In this document: positions 10,924 through 25,939 of the stretch, piece after piece | Layout: the number at the start of each line of letters is the position of its first letter | Numbering within the stretch: the first letter of the stretch is position 1 | DNA from: Octopus vulgaris | Taxonomy: Eukaryota | NCBI GenBank assembly: GCA_951406725.2 | Contig: OX597829.1 | Coordinates: forward strand, 19,096,001-19,160,000 | Direction: 5' to 3' | DNA length: 64,000 bases | Notes under the pieces: model-generated | What the model saw: only the letters and a program-made list of their open reading frames with translations | The model's database searches: none | Told to the model about the DNA's origin: nothing | Program-made: the position numbers and the translations under genes

Positions 10924-12769
10924 ATGAAGTTGGAATATACAGTGTAACCTGGACACTGAGAATGGGTTTTGATATGTGGGATACGAGATTTGTCCAACAA
11001 TGGCATGCCTTGTGTGCTAGTAGGAGATGATGGGTGTGGTCAAGATCTGCCATTATACCTGGCTTGGAGTGTTGGGTGGGAGAATTATCAATGGAGTCAA
11101 TAGATTGAGTTATATTCACTCAACAGCTAACCTCTACAAAATAGTATAACTTTTATCCTTTGTCTTGGTAAATAATATCAGGAATGATATGTTTACACTG
11201 AATTCATGCAGACACAGCACCAATATTCTTTATTTCTAAAGTTGTGGACACATTCTTTTTCTATTACGCCTCTGGTATGTACATCAGGACAGCATTGTAT
11301 AAAATTTATATAATTAATATTTTTGGACAGCTGTTGATGCCACGTATTGGAAATAATCTTATCGCTTTTGTTACGGTTATGTATATATGATTGTCTCTGC
11401 CTGTTTTTTTGTTTTTTTAATTATTTGAATTTATTCTATGAAGAATGAATTGCTTTCTCAATATGAACCAAATTCTCCCACATCATTGGAGTTTTTAAGT
11501 AACAAGTGAATAAAATTATAAGCCTTGCATATTTTAATTTGCAAATTTAATTTATAGAATATGTGTTGGACGTTTGTTATTTGTAAAAAACAAATTGAGT
11601 GAAAATTCTGTAATTGTTTGGCAATTTAAAACTTAGTAAGATGGCAAGCAGGCAAAATTTTTACTGTCCTATGCTAAATGCTTAATAGCATTTATGCTCT
11701 GAGTTCAAATTCCGTCAAGGTTGACTTTGCCTTTCATCCTTTTGGGGGTCTATAAAAAAGTACCAATCAAACACTGGGGTCAATGAAACCGACTAAACCC
11801 CTCCCTGAAATTGCTGGCATTGTGCCAAAATTTGAACCTGATTTAAGACTTAGTAGTGTAACAAGTGAAGACGCATGGTCTAGTGGTTAGGACGTTGCGT
11901 TCACAATAGCAAGATCATGGGTTCAATTCCCTTATTAGGCAGCACATTGTATTCTCGAGCAAAACACTTCATTTTATGTTGCTTTGCATGTGGGAGAGTG
12001 GCAAAATCACTGATGCATTGGCAGAAATGCTTTATGGTATGTCGTCCAGCTCTCTACATTCTGAGTTCAAATCCCACCTGCCTGGAGAAGGGGAAACCAC
12101 ACCAGTATTCATCCCAGGTCTAGTCATGGTAGCCAAAGTTCCAGTAATCTACTTAATGGCAACAGGGGAGGGTAAGGGGCCACCCAGGTTTTATAGAATG
12201 CTGGAGAAGGTTCTCATGCACAGGACCTGCCCAAGGACACCACTACCAGATTAGAATTGTAACAAGTGTAAAGGCACATGGTCCAGCCAGTGGTTGAAAT
12301 GATCCTCATTACTCCCGTGGTTAAACATAATACAATCAATATTTTTATTTGACTTCTTTACATTCTGTGTTGAAATTCTGCCAAGGTCAACTTTGCCTTT
12401 CATCCTTTCAGGGTCGATAAATTAAGTACCAGTTACGCACTGGGGTTGATCTAATCAACTTAATACCTTTGACTGTCCTTGTTTGTCCCCTTGTGGGCAA
12501 TAAATAAATAAGAGTGGAGAATATGAATGTGGAGAAAAATTAGGAATACAAGAAAGAAAATGGAAAGGAATAAAAAGAAAAGGGAGTGGGAGAGTTAAGG
12601 AATTTAAGCAAGGTCATTTGACAAGGTAGTTTTCAATATGGCTATTTTGGGGTCATAGAGATGTGCAAGGGAAGTGGTATTTGAATAAAAAAATGATAAT
12701 GTGGAGGGAAGAGGGTGGGGAAGCATTTGTGGTCAAGCAGGAGGAAAAAATGTTTGAAATAATGAGGCA

Positions 12770-13092
12770 GTCGGAGACCCCCTTTCATCACGAATGACCA
12801 TGGGATTGCACCTAGAAAGTTACCCTCCCAGGCACAAGTCCGGGCAAGGTTGTTTATAGAAGACCAGCAGTCGCCCATGCATACCGGCCTCTCCTCTCCA
12901 TGTCACTCATGTTATCCAAAGGAAAGGCAAGGGCCGATCCAGCTTGGCACCAGTGACGTTGCAACGCATTTCTACAGCTGAGTGAATTGGAGTAACGTGA
13001 AATAAAGTGTCTTGCAGCCTGGTCCGGGATTCGAACTCACAACCTCACAGTCGTAAGCTCAACACTCTAACCACTGAGCTATGCGCCTTCAC
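12770..13092 (-). mobile_element. SINE family C
   Basis: Reverse complement of ggcgcatagctcagtggttagag..gagttcgaatccc; flanks aatgaggcagt / gatgaggcagt resemble a TSD. Confidence 0.85.
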
Positions 13093-13533
13093 GATGAGGC
13101 AGTAGTAGAAATGAAATTCAAGAGGAAATATGGAAGAATTGTAGCAAATATTACCAACTAAAAAATTAAGGAATGTATATTGTTGTGCAAACGAGCGAGC
13201 GAGTGTGTTTTCTGTATGAAATAGTAGAGATGTATGTAGATGTATGTACTTGTAAGTTTACAAGGGGGTGGGGAGGAGGCAGGCGAAATAAGAGTAAAAA
13301 TAAGGGTGTAAATGGTAAGGAAAGATAAATATAGATAGATATAAATAACAATAAGGAATTGAAGGGAATATAATGGGAAAATATCGGTGGTATAATATTA
13401 ACTCTTGTATTCTTATTCACATATCTGGCAACCCTGGTTGCCAACTGTGAAATATAGAAAAGAAGTTTTGCAGCTTATTGTACATTGTTATGAAAAATAT
13501 CCAAAACTTTCTGCTTCAATAAACCACTATACA

Positions 13534-13704
13534 GGCGCAGGGGTGGCTGTGTGGTAATTAGCTTGCTAAACAACCACAAGGTTCCAGGTTTAGTCCCACT
13601 GCGTGGCATCTTGGGCAAGTGTCTTCTGCTATAGCCCCGGGCCGACCAATGCCTTGTGAGTGGATTTGGTAGACGGAAACTGAAAGAAGCCTGTTGTATA
13701 TACG

Positions 13705-13735
<31 letters not shown>

Positions 13736-13950
13736 TTGTGTGTCTGTGTTTGTCCCCCTAGCATTGCTTGACAACCAATGCTGGTGTGTTTACGTCCCCG
13801 TCACTTAGCAGTTCGGCAAAAGAGACCGATAGAATAAGCACTGGGCTTACAAAGAATAAGTCCCGGGGTTGATTTGCTCGACTAAAGGCAGTGCTCCAGC
13901 ATGGCCGCAGTCAAATGACTGAAACAAGTAAAAAGAGTAAAAAAAAGAGT
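13534..13950 (+). mobile_element. SINE family A (full length)
   Basis: ggcgcagggtggctgtgtgg-type head through the gtaaaaagagt tail. Confidence 0.9.
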
Positions 13951-14039
13951 ATTGTTCCTGAAAGTTGTTTTTTTTATACCTTCTACTGATTGGATTGCTT
14001 GAAGCTAACATTCTTCCTACACCTTGGTCCCTGGATCTT

Positions 14040-14726
<687 letters not shown>

Positions 14727-14964
14727 GCACATCTCTGTATTTACATTTATATGTGTGTGTGTGTTACGTTGCCCTTCCTTTTCTGTTTAAAGACAGTAAG
14801 TATAATTTGAGGGAGATTTTTACTAATCTTTCTAGCAGGTTGAGCAGCAACATAAAAGGTTTCCTCGAAGACTCATAAAACTTTGCGTAATACTTGTTAA
14901 CCATTCTGTCTCTCTCTTTTTTTTTTTTTTTGTTTTGTTTTTAATCAATGGTTACAATAGCTAG

Positions 14965-15054
14965 CGCTCGTTTTCAACAGAGATAACAGAAATTGCTGAT
15001 GATGTAAACGTTGTAGATCTTGAAAACAATCTAGAAAACATTTCCCTTGATTGA
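14965..15054 (+). CDS. Candidate terminal coding exon, unidentified gene
   Basis: Long poly-T tract (14916-14942) with AG acceptors at 14960, 14964 and 14980. Frame RSFSTEITEIADDVNVVDLENNLENISLD* is acidic and protein-like. AATAAA near 15214. Confidence 0.5.
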   Translation, partial: RSFSTEITEIADDVNVVDLENNLENISLD

Positions 15055-15345
15055 ATTCTGGTTGAAAACATCATTATTAAATCCAGATGTTTCTTAGTCC
15101 AGTGGATATTTCCAGAAATTATGGGTTACACGAGCGTGTTTTACTGTTATAGGTCCAAGCATATAATAATCACAGGAATGTTGTAAAAGAAATGGCTGTA
15201 GATTTAGTGCCAAAATAAATAGAATCAGATAAACACTCTCTTTTTGGAACATTTCTTTTCCTTCCAAAACGTTTATAACATTAGAGATAATCTCTGAGTT
15301 TTAGATAACAAAAGGGACTGCTGAAAGCCTTTCAATTTCAGTAAA

Positions 15346-16636
15346 TTAACCCTTTAACAGTTTAACTGGTCATATCCAGTGCAAATACTCTACCTGTTTT
15401 ATGTTTTATAACCAGTTTTATAGCTAGATCCAGCCTCTCACACTTTCTCTGCAATGTCATTCTAAAAATAAACAATCATGTCACTGAAATCTCAAGCTAC
15501 AAGATAATGCATGGTTAATTCAAAACAATGTGAATAAATAAGCTTTATTTTTAATAGAATAATCTAGACGCTTAAAGGCTTACACCAGCCAAACCCAGTC
15601 CAAAAATTCTCTTTCATTCTCTTGTTTCAGTCATTTGACTGTGGCTATGCTGGAGCACTGCCTTTAGTCAAGAAAATCGAACCCAAGTCTTATTCTTTGT
15701 AAGCCTAGTACTTATTCTATCAGTCTCTTTTGCTGAACCGCTAAGCTACGGGGAAGTAAACACACCAGCATCGGTTGTCAAACGATGTTGGGGGGACAAA
15801 CACAGACACACAAACATACACACACACACACATATATATACATATATACGATGGGTTTCTTTCAGTTTCCATCTACCAAATCCACTCACAAGGCTTTGGT
15901 CAGCCCGAGGCTATAATAGAAGACACTTGCCCAAGATGCCACGCAGTGGGACTGAACCCGGAAACATGTAGTTCATAAGCAAGCTACTTATTACACAGCC
16001 ACTCCTACACCTGTTTTATCTTCAAACTGGCCAGATCCAGGCTGTCATACCTACCCTTCAATGTCAATCTAAAAATAAACAACCACATCATCAAAATCTC
16101 AAAGCTACAAAGTAATGCTTCACTAATTCAAATCAATGGGAATAAATAAGCGTTACATTTAATAGAATAATCTGGATGCTAAGGGATTATACACATAAGT
16201 ATATCTCTTTAGCATTTAATCCAGCCATATCCAGCCCAAATATTCTACCTGTTTGATATAAAAACCAGTCAGATCCAGCCTCTCACACCTACTCTGTGAT
16301 GTTACCCTATAAACAAACAATCACATCATCAAAATCTCAAAGCTATGGGCTAATGCATGATTGACTCAAAACAGTGTGAAGAAATAAGCATTACATTTGA
16401 CAGAATAATTTGAATTCTACAAGGGTAAACCAGCCAAATCCAGCCCAGATTGTCTACCTGTTTTATATTCAGACTGGCCAGATCCAACCTCTCACACCTA
16501 TCCTACAATGTCATTCTAAAACTAAACAATCACACCATTGAAATTTCAAAGATGTAAGATAATGCATGATTAATTCAAAACCATGTGAATAAATAAGCAT
16601 TATGTTTGAAGGAGTAATCTGAATGCTAAAAGGTTA
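15346..16636. mobile_element. Cluster of piggyBac-like (TTAA-CCCTTT) MITE units interrupted by a family A SINE (15610-16010)
   Basis: Starts ttaaccctttaac; repeated ~220-bp units with aataaataagcattacatttg; ends aaaggttaa. Confidence 0.75.
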
Positions 16637-16667
16637 AGAAAGGATATATTTTCAACAAATATAATGG

Positions 16668-17101
16668 TTAGACGTGACTGTGTGGTAAGAATTTTGTTTC
16701 CCAACCACATGGTTCCAGGTTCAGTCCCACTGTGTGGCATCTTGGGCAGGTGTCTTTTCCTATAACCTCAAGCTGACCAAAGCCTTGTGAGTGGATTTGG
16801 TTGACAGAAAACTGAAAGGAACCTGTCGTGTGTGGGTGTGTGTGTACGCGTGCACATGTGTGTGTGTGTGTGTTTGTCTTTGTGTCTGTGTTAGTTCCCC
16901 ACCATCACTTGACAACAGATGTTGGTGTGTTTATGTCCTGGTAACTTAGTGGTTTGGCAAAAGAGACCAACAGAATAAGTACCAGGCTCAAAAAAAAAAA
17001 ATTTAAACTAATTACAGGGGTCAATACATTTGACAAGGAATTCTTCAAAGCAGTACTCCAGCATGACCGGAGGCAGTCTAATGACTGAAACAAGTAAAAG
17101 A
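16668..17101 (+). mobile_element. SINE family A
   Basis: Head, (TG)n core and tail all present. Confidence 0.85.
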
Positions 17102-17834
17102 TCGTATGAGCTACGAGAGGAGAAATAAAATCAGATACCATTAAGCAATCGAGCTATTCTGACACAAGCTTTCTGCAATATTTTACACCAGACGGAACGG
17201 TTGAATTAGTTAATTGTTCAATGCACACACCCCACCTCCATTTTTCTCGGTTGATTGCTCCCCCATTGCAATGGACATGAAAGTGCTGTGGTAAACTGCA
17301 AGCGTAGAGCTTTTATTTTATGCTTAAGCCACCAGTAAGCTCAATGTTAGGCAACGCCTTTGCAATCACGTTTGCGAGGCACAGCTAAACATGCTATTTG
17401 TGCCAGGGTGTACGACCCATTGCTCTCTTCCACCCTCCGTCTTCTACTGCTTATTTTCACCTCCCCGATTTTTTTTTCTTTATCTTTCTTTCCTTGGTGA
17501 GGTAGTTGTGTGTTTGGAGGGGACGGATTCTGGATAATTTGCTTCTTTTATACTTTTGATGTCTTTTCCTTTCCTTTCTTTCTGTAAAAATATGTTCTTA
17601 ATAAAACATCAAATAGTTTATTTAGTAAAAAAAAAACTATACAGGCGCGGCTGTGTGCTTCCCAACCACATGGTTCTGGGATCAGTCCCACTGCATGGCA
17701 TCTTGGGTAAATTTACTGTTTTAGCCTTGGGCTGACCAAAGCTTTGTGAGTGGTTTTTTGTAGACGGAAACTAAAAGAAGCCTGTCATGTGTGTGTGTGT
17801 GTGTGAGTGTGTACATATATATATATATATATAT

Positions 17835-18057
17835 TCTTTTACTCTTTTACTTGTTTCTGTCATTTGACTGTGGCCGTGCTGGAGCACCGCCTTTAGTCAA
17901 GCAAATCGATCCCAGGACTTATTTTTTGTAAGCCTAGTACTTATTTTATCAGCCTCTTTTGCTGAACTGCTAAGTTACGGGGACATAAACACACCAGCAT
18001 CAATTGTCAAGCGATGTTGGGGGGGGGGGGAACAAACATAGACACACAAACATATAT

Positions 18058-18088
<31 letters not shown>

Positions 18089-18250
18089 AAACAGGCTTCT
18101 TTCAGTTTCATCTACCAAATCCATTCACAAGGCTTTGGTTGGCCCGAGGCTATAGTAGAAGACACTTGCCCAAGGTGCAACGCAGTGGGACTGAACTCAG
18201 AACCATGTGGTTCGTAAGCAAGCTACATACCACACAGCCACTCCTATGCC
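17835..18250 (-). mobile_element. SINE family A
   Basis: Full reverse-complement copy. Confidence 0.88.
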
Positions 18251-18315
18251 TATAATATATGTATATATATATATATATTTCAGTTCTATAATTAAGAGAT
18301 GAGGAATTATGTACA

Positions 18316-18417
18316 TTATTTACATTATTTATATTTGATGGATATTTGTCATCTTGTTTGTTGTTATCAACAAACAAGACGAGGACAAATATCTGTCAAA
18401 TGTAAATAATGTAAATA

Positions 18418-18421
<4 letters not shown>
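18316..18421. repeat. ~105-bp palindrome between TA tracts
   Basis: acattatttacattatttatatttga..cttgtttgttg / caacaaacaag..tcaaatgtaaataatgtaaataatgt. Confidence 0.85.
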
Positions 18422-18492
<71 letters not shown>

Positions 18493-18944
18493 TATATGTA
18501 TGTATGTATATACCTATGTTTGTGCTTGTCCCCCACCACCACTTGACAACTGGTGTTGGGATGTTTACATCCCCATAACTTAGTAACTTGGCAAACGTGG
18601 AAATTAAAAAAAATAATAATAAAAGGTACTTTGGTCGATTCATCTGACTAAAATTCTTCAAAGCAGCGCCCCAGCATGGCCACAGTCTAATGACCGAAAC
18701 AAACAAAACAAAAAATAACAGATGTGTAATCCTTTTTACAGAATGTAAATACCTCAGTACTAGTATCTACCTATTAGACTCATAATGGAGAAATACTGTT
18801 CCTGCATCATCTGAGATAACACATCTCACAAATATCTAACAGAAATGAGGTTCAGTGGGTGTACCAGGTAATCTTGGATGGGGGTGGTGTGTTAACTGCG
18901 AGAAAAAAACCCAGAAAACAAAGCTTATTGTAATAACTGTATAT

Positions 18945-19370
18945 TCTTTTCTACTCTAGACACAAGGCCCGAAATTTTGGGGTAGGTGCCAGTCGATTAG
19001 ATTGACTCCAGTATGTAACTGGTACTTAATTTATTGACCCTGAAAGGATGAAAGATAAAGTCAACCTTGGTGGAATTTGAACTCATAACATAAAGACAGA
19101 TGGAATACCGCTAAGCATTTTGCCCGGCATGCTAACATTTCTTATTTCTTTATTGCCCACAAGGGGCTAAACATAGAGGGGACAAACAAGGACAGACAGA
19201 GGGATTAAGTCGATTACATCGACCCCAGTGCGTAACTGGTACTTAATTTATCGACCCCGAAAGGATGAAAGGTAAAGTCGACCTCGGTGGTATTTGAACT
19301 CAGAACGTAAAGACATGAAAAACTGCTAAGCAATTTGCCCGGCGTGCTAACGTTTCTGCCAGCTTGCTGC
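18945..19370 (-). mobile_element. Two tandem SINE family B copies
   Basis: Two ggtacttaattta..gaaaggatgaaag cores. Confidence 0.85.
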
Positions 19371-19414
19371 TTTGTAATAATGGTATATTGTAATTGGAAA
19401 TATACCATGCTTGA

Positions 19415-19570
19415 CAGGTGAACTGAGAGTATTATGGGCCCTCAGGCATAACTGTTTACTGGTCCCTTTGAATGTCTGTTTTAGTAGAGTTAACATGTAA
19501 AGTGCAGGCCCTTTCAGAGTTCTGGGCCCTCGGCCAGTGCCCAGTTCAATGACAGCTCAGTCCACTCCTG
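19415..19570. mobile_element. hAT-type MITE
   Basis: TIRs caggtgaactgag / ctcagtccactcctg; 8-bp TSD atgcttga / gtgcttga. Confidence 0.7.
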
Positions 19571-20225
19571 GTGCTTGAGAAGACCTGTCAAGCCAAGAGA
19601 GATTGTAGTGATGGTTGATGCCAGTGCTGCATGACTGGCACTTGTGGTAGTGGCATGTAATAAGCACCCATTACACTCCTGGAATGGTTGGCATTAGGAA
19701 GGGAATCTAGTGATAGAGACCATATCAAATCAGACTGGAACCTGGTACAGATTACCAGTTTTCAGTCGAACTGTCCAACCCATGCCAGCATTGAAAATAG
19801 ACGTTAAATGACGATGATGATGATGATGATGAACAGTATATTGTAATAACTGTTCAAGAATCAAGGTATGGAGACAGTGTGTCAATGGAATTTGGTGTGA
19901 TTTCCCACTGGAGACAATGTTACTTACTGACCAGCCCCCACCTCCCACATCCCCAAATTTGGGGGCTTTGTACTATGATTATTAATTTCTGTTATTGTTC
20001 TGTGCATGCATTATTTTGAATATTTACATAAATGTGTATTATTTTGAATAAATGTGTATTATTTTGAATATTTACATAAATGTGTGGTAAAATGTTGCTT
20101 TCCAACCACATGGTTCTGGGTTCAGTTTCACTTGTGACTGGATATTGTAGATGGAAACTGAAAGAAGCCTGTCGTGTATGTGTGTGTATGTTTATGTAAG
20201 TTCCCCACCCCTCTGCTTGACAACT

Positions 20226-20447
20226 GGATTAAATAGGGATTTGGATAAAATTCCTTTTCATTATTATCATAGTTATAAAGATATTTTGGGATTTCTTGTA
20301 ATATTGTTTGCTTTAATTGAATTAAGTTTATTATTTCCAAATATGTTGGGGGATGCTGAGAATTTTATTCCTGCAAATCCTTTAGTTACTCCTATTCATA
20401 TCAAGCCTTAGTGATACTTTTTGTTTGCTTATGCTATCTTACATTCA
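20226..20447 (+). pseudogene. cytb: NUMT: mitochondrial cytochrome b fragment inside a family A SINE
   Basis: [51 protein letters not shown] with TGA=Trp and AGG=Ser (invertebrate mitochondrial code); the PEWY Glu codon has become TAG. Confidence 0.95.
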
Positions 20448-21114
20448 TATTTTACATTTATATCTCTATAACATAGCGGTGCAGCAAAAGAAACTAATAG
20501 AATAAATACCAGGCTTTAATAAATTTTTAAAAAATTAATTCTGGGGTCCATTTGTTCGACTAAAACACCTTTCAGGACAGTACTCCAGTATGGCCACAAT
20601 CTAATGGCTAAAATAAATAAAAGATAAATAAATAATAAAAAAAAGGAAACAATGATAAAATATGATTTAGGTTGATGTATTTTTGTCTTTTCTTTCTTTC
20701 ATTTAATTTTTATTGATTTTGGTTTTTAAAATTAATTTTTATGCCACAACTCATTGAAGTTTGTCATAACATCAATGTTTTGACATCCTTCATAACTGAT
20801 ATTTGGTGTTATGTCATAACAACCAATGTATGACATGGAGTGTAGCGTTGTAGTATCACGGTTCGATCAAATTTGCTGAGATAACTGTTTCTCTAAAACA
20901 GTAAATTTTTTTTTTCCTTTTTTTTTTTTTAACTTTCAGTAGACACAAGCGTACCTGTGTGGTATGAAGTTTGGTTCCCAACCACATGGTTCTAGGTTCA
21001 GTCCCACTTCATGTCACCTTGAGCAAGAATCTTTTTACTATAGCCTCAGCCAATCAAAGCCTTGTGAGTAGATTTGGTAGACAGAAACTAAAAGAAGCCC
21101 ATTGTATATATATA

Positions 21115-21975
<861 letters not shown>

Positions 21976-22747
21976 TTACCACACAGACACTGCCACATGT
22001 ATACATGTGTGTGTGTGTTTGTCTTCATGCTTGTCTCCCACTGCTGCTTGACAGTGTTGGTTTGTTTACACCTCCAGAACTTAGGGAGTTTGATAGAACA
22101 AGCACCAGGTTTTAAAGAATAAATAGCAATCCTTTGTGGATCGCTCAATAAATAAGTACTGGGGCCAATGCATTCTACTAATAAAAAAAAAACTCTTCAA
22201 GGTTGTGCCCCAGCATGGCCCTATCCCATTGACTAAAATAAATACAGTTAAATCTATCCATCATTTTACATCATCATCATCATCATCATCGTTTAAACAT
22301 CCGCTTTCCATGCTAGCATGTGTTGGACGATTGACTGAGGGCTGGCGAACCAGATGGCAGCACCAGGCTTCAAGCTTGATCTGGCAGGTTCATTAATTTT
22401 GGATCTCGTATCTCTTACCCAGAAACCTTTTCCTCACTCTTCTTCAGCTTCTAGCTTCTCCATATTTCTCCAACCAGCAATTTTTTTTACCCCTACATAA
22501 CCTCATTTTCTTTTTCTTCCTCTATCTATCTCAGCTTTCTCTTCCATTCTTTATCTTCTCTCTCTCTCTCTCTCTCTCTTTCAATCTTCATTCAGTTATT
22601 CTTCTCTTTGTCTTTTGTTTTACTTCACATCATAGTCATTTCCCTCTCTTTCTCTCTCTCTCTCTCTGTCAGTCTGTCTGCCTGTTTGTCTATCTTCTCT
22701 CTCTCTCTCTCTCTTTCTTTCCCTCCTTTTTCACTATTCATTCAGTT

Positions 22748-23535
22748 AAGGGGTCACCAAACTACAGCCCACCACCGCCCACTGTACCTTTTTGTGTAAG
22801 TACCTATAATGAGAATTCGTTTGCCTATGGTTCGGCATCAGTGTTTGGAACAACTTATGACTGTGAGCAAATATTTTCAATAATGAAGAATGTGAAGTCA
22901 GCACATCAAATGAGGTTGACTGATGAACATTTGAAAGCAATTCTCTTGGTTGCATGCAGCAATTCCAAAGCAAATATTGATGATATCTTAAAAGCCAAAG
23001 TTTGTCTTAATGTTTACTGGACAGCTTCCAAATTCTGTTTTGCGATTGGGTAAAAACAACCAGACTTTAAACCTCTGTAACATTTTACCAAAATTATTCT
23101 GGAACAAATGTGTAGCGACATCAGCATCATTGTGAAAAAATGGATGCAGCAATTCCAAAGCAAATATTGATGATATCTTAAAAGTTAAACACCCGTTTCA
23201 CAAATCTCACTAACCTTTTTTTTGCTGTTTAGTTTGTGAGATTCGGATATGTGCACACTGGATGTGATATAACTTACCTGGCAAAGGTAAAAAATACGTA
23301 CAATCGATGTTTAGGGTTATGCCAGAAACAGGTGGTGTGCATATTCTTTACTTCCTCCAATTATCTTATTGCTAACATCACTTTCTTTGATAACTTTTCG
23401 GTAAATAAATATGCTGGTTGTCTTTATCTTTTTTGTGTTTTCACTGTATTGTATTGAACAAAATGGTTATGCAGCCCTTGTTCCTCATTTTCTCAGTTTT
23501 CTGGCCTCCCATGAGAAAAGTTTGGTCACCTCCTG
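22748..23535 (+). mobile_element. Internally deleted hAT (SPIN/Charlie-like) element with a transposase C-terminal remnant
   Basis: FGTTYDCEQIFSIMKNVKS..RLTDEHL matches the hAT dimerisation motif. Ends aaggggtcaccaaact / agtttggtcacctcctg. Internal 40-bp duplication at 22955 and 23145. Confidence 0.85.
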
Positions 23536-23620
23536 AATCTTGTCTTTCTCTTTTGTTTTACTTCACATTCTAGTCATCTCTCTCTCTCTCTCTCTGTGTT
23601 TCTTTCTCTTTTCCTTTTTA

Positions 23621-24030
23621 TTCTTTACTCTTTTACTTGTTTCAGTCATTTGACTGCGGCCATGCTGGAGCACCGCCTTTAATCGAGCAACTCGACCCCG
23701 GGACTTATTCTTTTGTAAGCCCAGTACTTATTCTATCGGTCTCTTTTGCCGAAACCGCTAAGTAACGGGGACATAAACAAACCAGCATCGGTTGTCAAGC
23801 AATGCGAGGGGGACAAACACAGACACACACATGCATAGATATATATATATATACATATATACGACGGGCTTCTTTTCAGTTTCCGTCTACCAAATCCACT
23901 CACAAGGCTTTGGTCGGCCCGAGGCTATTAGTAGAAGACACTTGCCCAAGGTGCCTGCCACGCAGTGGGACTGAACCCGGAACCATGTGGTTGGTAAACA
24001 AGCTACTTACCACACAGCCTATCCTGCGCC
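23621..24030 (-). mobile_element. SINE family A (young, CpG-intact)
   Basis: Full reverse-complement copy. Confidence 0.9.
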
Positions 24031-24491
24031 GTATATTATAGATATATTATAAATCTGTCTGTCTCCAACTTTCCCTATTGTCTCTGCCTGTGATTGTCAG
24101 TCGGTTAGTCAATCTGTGTCTGTCTGTCTGTCTTCTCTCTCCCTCTCAATATTTCTTCCCTCTTCTCTTTGTGTTCTCGTCTACTTCAAATTGTTTTAAT
24201 GTCCATTTTTAACAGACCATCCGCTACAGAAACAATTCCATATCAGGAAGACAAGTTTCCCCAACAAAAAACTGTTATGGTTTCAACAGACCATTTATCA
24301 AGATAGTGTTACATACACATCTGAAAGACCTTAATTTACTCACTAAATATACTCTCATAAATTCCTCGATTAGTTTACTCCTTACTTCTTTCTTCTTGTC
24401 TTTCTTTTATTTTCTATATTTTACCTAATGTCTCTACCCTGCATTGCAGTAAATTGCTCTGTCTGTTTATCTTTATATCTGTCTGTTTGCA

Positions 24492-24522
<31 letters not shown>

Positions 24523-24570
24523 ATGTCTGTCTATCTATCCATCAATCTGTCTGTCTGTCTATCTATCATC

Positions 24571-24601
<31 letters not shown>

Positions 24602-24654
24602 TTATTTATCTATCTATCTTAATGTCTATCTAACTATCTGTTTGTCTGTCTGTT

Positions 24655-24699
<45 letters not shown>

Positions 24700-24935
24700 G
24701 TGTTTCTTTTTTCCTGTATATCTTTTGCTTTCTTTCTGCCTTCCTTCCTTCCTTTCTTTCCTTTTCCTTTTCTTTCTTTCTTTCATTCTTTATTCCTTTC
24801 TTTCTTCCTTTCTTTCTTTCGTTCTTTCTTCCTTTCTTTCTGTCTTTCTTTCTTTCTTTCATCGGTGGATCATATATCTGAAAAAGAAGCACACTAACAG
24901 TTCAAGCAGCAATATATTTACAGGAGGTTAATTAT

Positions 24936-25158
24936 ATGTCCGGTCATAAAGTGACCAATGGTTTCGCATCCATGAAGTGTCCATATAACCTCTCTTCGAA
25001 CTGGAGACAGAAAACCGTTACAGTCAGTCAATTTGTAAACAAAAAGTATTATTGAAGAGAGGTAATATGCCCACACCCATTGGAGTCTCATGAGTTGTCA
25101 ATTAGGCTCAAGCGCCTTATGGCTGCGAAACCATTGGTCACTCTGTGACCAGACAAAT
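24936..25158. mobile_element. MITE with ~40-bp TIRs
   Basis: tgtccggtcataaagtgaccaatggtttcgcatccat / atggctgcgaaaccattggtcactctgtgaccagaca; related copy at 31012-31170. Confidence 0.75.
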
Positions 25159-25259
25159 AAAGCGCTAAGTGACTTATATAAGAATGGACCAAGAGGTCCC
25201 ATTCAGTTAGGGGAGGTAACTAATACATAAGCTCTGCCAATAGTATTATACAAATAACC

Positions 25260-25476
25260 CTTTTACTTGTCTCAGTCATTTGACTGTGGCCATGCTAGAG
25301 CAACACATTTAGTCGAACAAATCGACCCCAGGACTTATTCTTTGTAAGCCTAGTACTTATTCTATCAGTCTCTTTTTACTGAACCACTAAGTGACAGGGA
25401 CGTAAACATACCAGCATCAGTTATCAAGTGATGGTGGGGGGACAAATACTGACACAAACAACAAACGCATGCATAC

Positions 25477-25511
<35 letters not shown>

Positions 25512-25680
25512 CAATGGGCTTCTTTCAGTTTCCATCTACCACATTCACTCACAAGGCTTTGGTTGGCCTGAGGCTATGGTAGAAGACACTTGCTTTGCCC
25601 AAGGTGCCATGCAGTGGGACTGGACCTGGAACCATGTGGGTGGGAAACAAGCTTCTTACCACACAGCCACTCCTGTGCCT
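25260..25680 (-). mobile_element. SINE family A
   Basis: Full reverse-complement copy. Confidence 0.85.
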
Positions 25681-25939
25681 GATAAATATACTGTCAAATA
25701 TAATAGCAAACAAACCCAATGCTGAAATAAAAATCAGGTAAATAAATTACACACTTTTACAAAAAGCTTAGGTAGAAATAGAAATATACACCTCAATAAC
25801 ACAGAGATCTCTAGCAATATTGAGTGGTATATAATTCTCTTCGGAAAACAAATAATTTCCAATATTCTAAAATTGTTTTATTCAGCATTTAAAAAAAATA
25901 TTTTAAGATATTTCAGCTGCAAAGCTGCAGTCATGCTAG

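Noticed and set aside
13010-13092. tRNA gene
   Set aside because: It is the tRNA-like head of a family C SINE and continues into SINE body; no proper acceptor stem.
17276-17312. SECIS-like ATGA..AAA..GA
   Set aside because: The apical loop is only 4 nt and no selenoprotein context is visible.
17498-17520. let-7-like TGAGGTAGTTG
   Set aside because: Only the 5' part matches and there is no compact pre-miRNA hairpin.
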